DNA of 64,000 nt, from contig CAVPRW010000042.1 in NCBI GenBank assembly GCA_963707985.1, positions 32,001 through 96,000 on the forward strand, given 5' to 3'. This DNA comes from an uncultured Nitrospinota bacterium. Its GTDB lineage: Bacteria; Tectomicrobia; Entotheonellia; J063; CAVPRW01. Below are positions 63,305-64,000 of the stretch, piece after piece. The position numbers were made by a program, and so were the translations under genes. The notes below the pieces were generated by a model that was not told the origin of the DNA, did not search any database, and saw only the letters and a program-made list of their open reading frames with translations. Numbering within the stretch: position 1 is the stretch's first letter; each line of letters starts with the position of its first letter.

Positions 63305-63693
63305 ACACATTCCTCCTTTGCCTGGGTGGGATGGCTGGCAAAACGCTGCCGGAACATTCGATAACTCCCCGCAGAATCTTCAGCCCGTCCCCCCGGCAAA
63401 TGAGCGGGGACGGTCAGGGCGAGAGGGGTCCGCCTCTTCAGCCCTGGTGGAATCCGTGACTCCTCATGTGTCTGTTTGACCATGCCAGGAGCACTTCCTA
63501 TTGTAGCGCGTGAAAGCGCGTCGCGCCACAACGGAAATCTCTGGCAAATAGGGTACTTCCGTCGCGATAGGCGGCGATGCTGAGCGCCGTAAGAGGCCAA
63601 GACACCGGCGCTCGATTCGCAGGTGATAGAACCGCGTGCCAGACGCCACGTCAGCGGCTGATCATTGCGCTTACAGCGCAGGAGCGATAGGAT

Positions 63694-64000
63694 TTAGAGC
63701 TCCTTCAAGGCGGGAATCACTTCACGGCCGAGGAGCTCGATCGACCGCATGGTAGTCTGGTGTGACATCCTGCCTGCCTGGGCTTCCAGCAGCAGGGCCC
63801 CAATCCCAAGGCGATCTCTGATATGGCGCAACTTTTTGATCACCGTCTCTGGGCTTCCGACGATCAAATGATTGGCCTCCTGGAGCTCTTGATAACTGAG
63901 CTGATTCAAGGGCTTCGGACGTCGCCTGGAAGTCATGAGCGCGGCGCTCCGTGAGACGTAGCCAGGAGGGGAGAAATAAGCCTGGGGTCCGCGTAACGGA
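63694..64000 (-). CDS. LLM class flavin-dependent oxidoreductase, C-terminal part (truncated by window)
   Basis: IVGSPETV..L, RSIELLGREVIPAL. Confidence 0.8.
   Translation of the reverse strand, partial: PLRGPQAYFSPPGYVSRSAALMTSRRRPKPLNQLSYQELQEANHLIVGSPETVIKKLRHIRDRLGIGALLLEAQAGRMSHQTTMRSIELLGREVIPALKEL

Overview
GC-rich (~60% by eye) bacterial chromosome window from a diderm organism; gene style suggests Ca. Tectomicrobia/Entotheonella-like or deltaproteobacterial lineages, but taxonomy cannot be fixed from this window. 1-5.4 kb is a decayed accessory region left of tRNA-Leu(CAG): a nested group II intron (class D-like intron inside the RT gene of a CL-like, HNH-bearing intron), GNAT, stand-alone 5'-3' exonuclease, and antitoxin/HNH/integrase relics. 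Then come a B12 mutase small subunit-mce-meaB-prpD-like operon, an IS-scarred islet with a Tyr-rich secreted protein plus chromosomal traT, argH-lptM-lysA-dapA-dapB-dapL, and two giant TPR genes with exbB-exbD-tonB but no receptor (one TPR protein has a TonB-box-like motif). The middle holds terC, thiL, speB, mreB, mgtE, usp, a candidate structured ncRNA next to hisS, tartrate/isopropylmalate-type dehydrogenase, a MaoC plus paired CoA-transferase operon, a collapsed type I R-M relic, hicB, pepE and an HpaB-family oxygenase. The right end has hxlR/htrA, a TetR-regulated RND system whose permease appears fused to the outer-membrane factor, SDR, S41 peptidase, a K+ channel and a 2-oxoacid dehydrogenase operon. 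Many single-base frameshifts, mostly at 49-63 kb, look like long-read sequencing errors. All calls come from motif recognition by eye; no searches were run.
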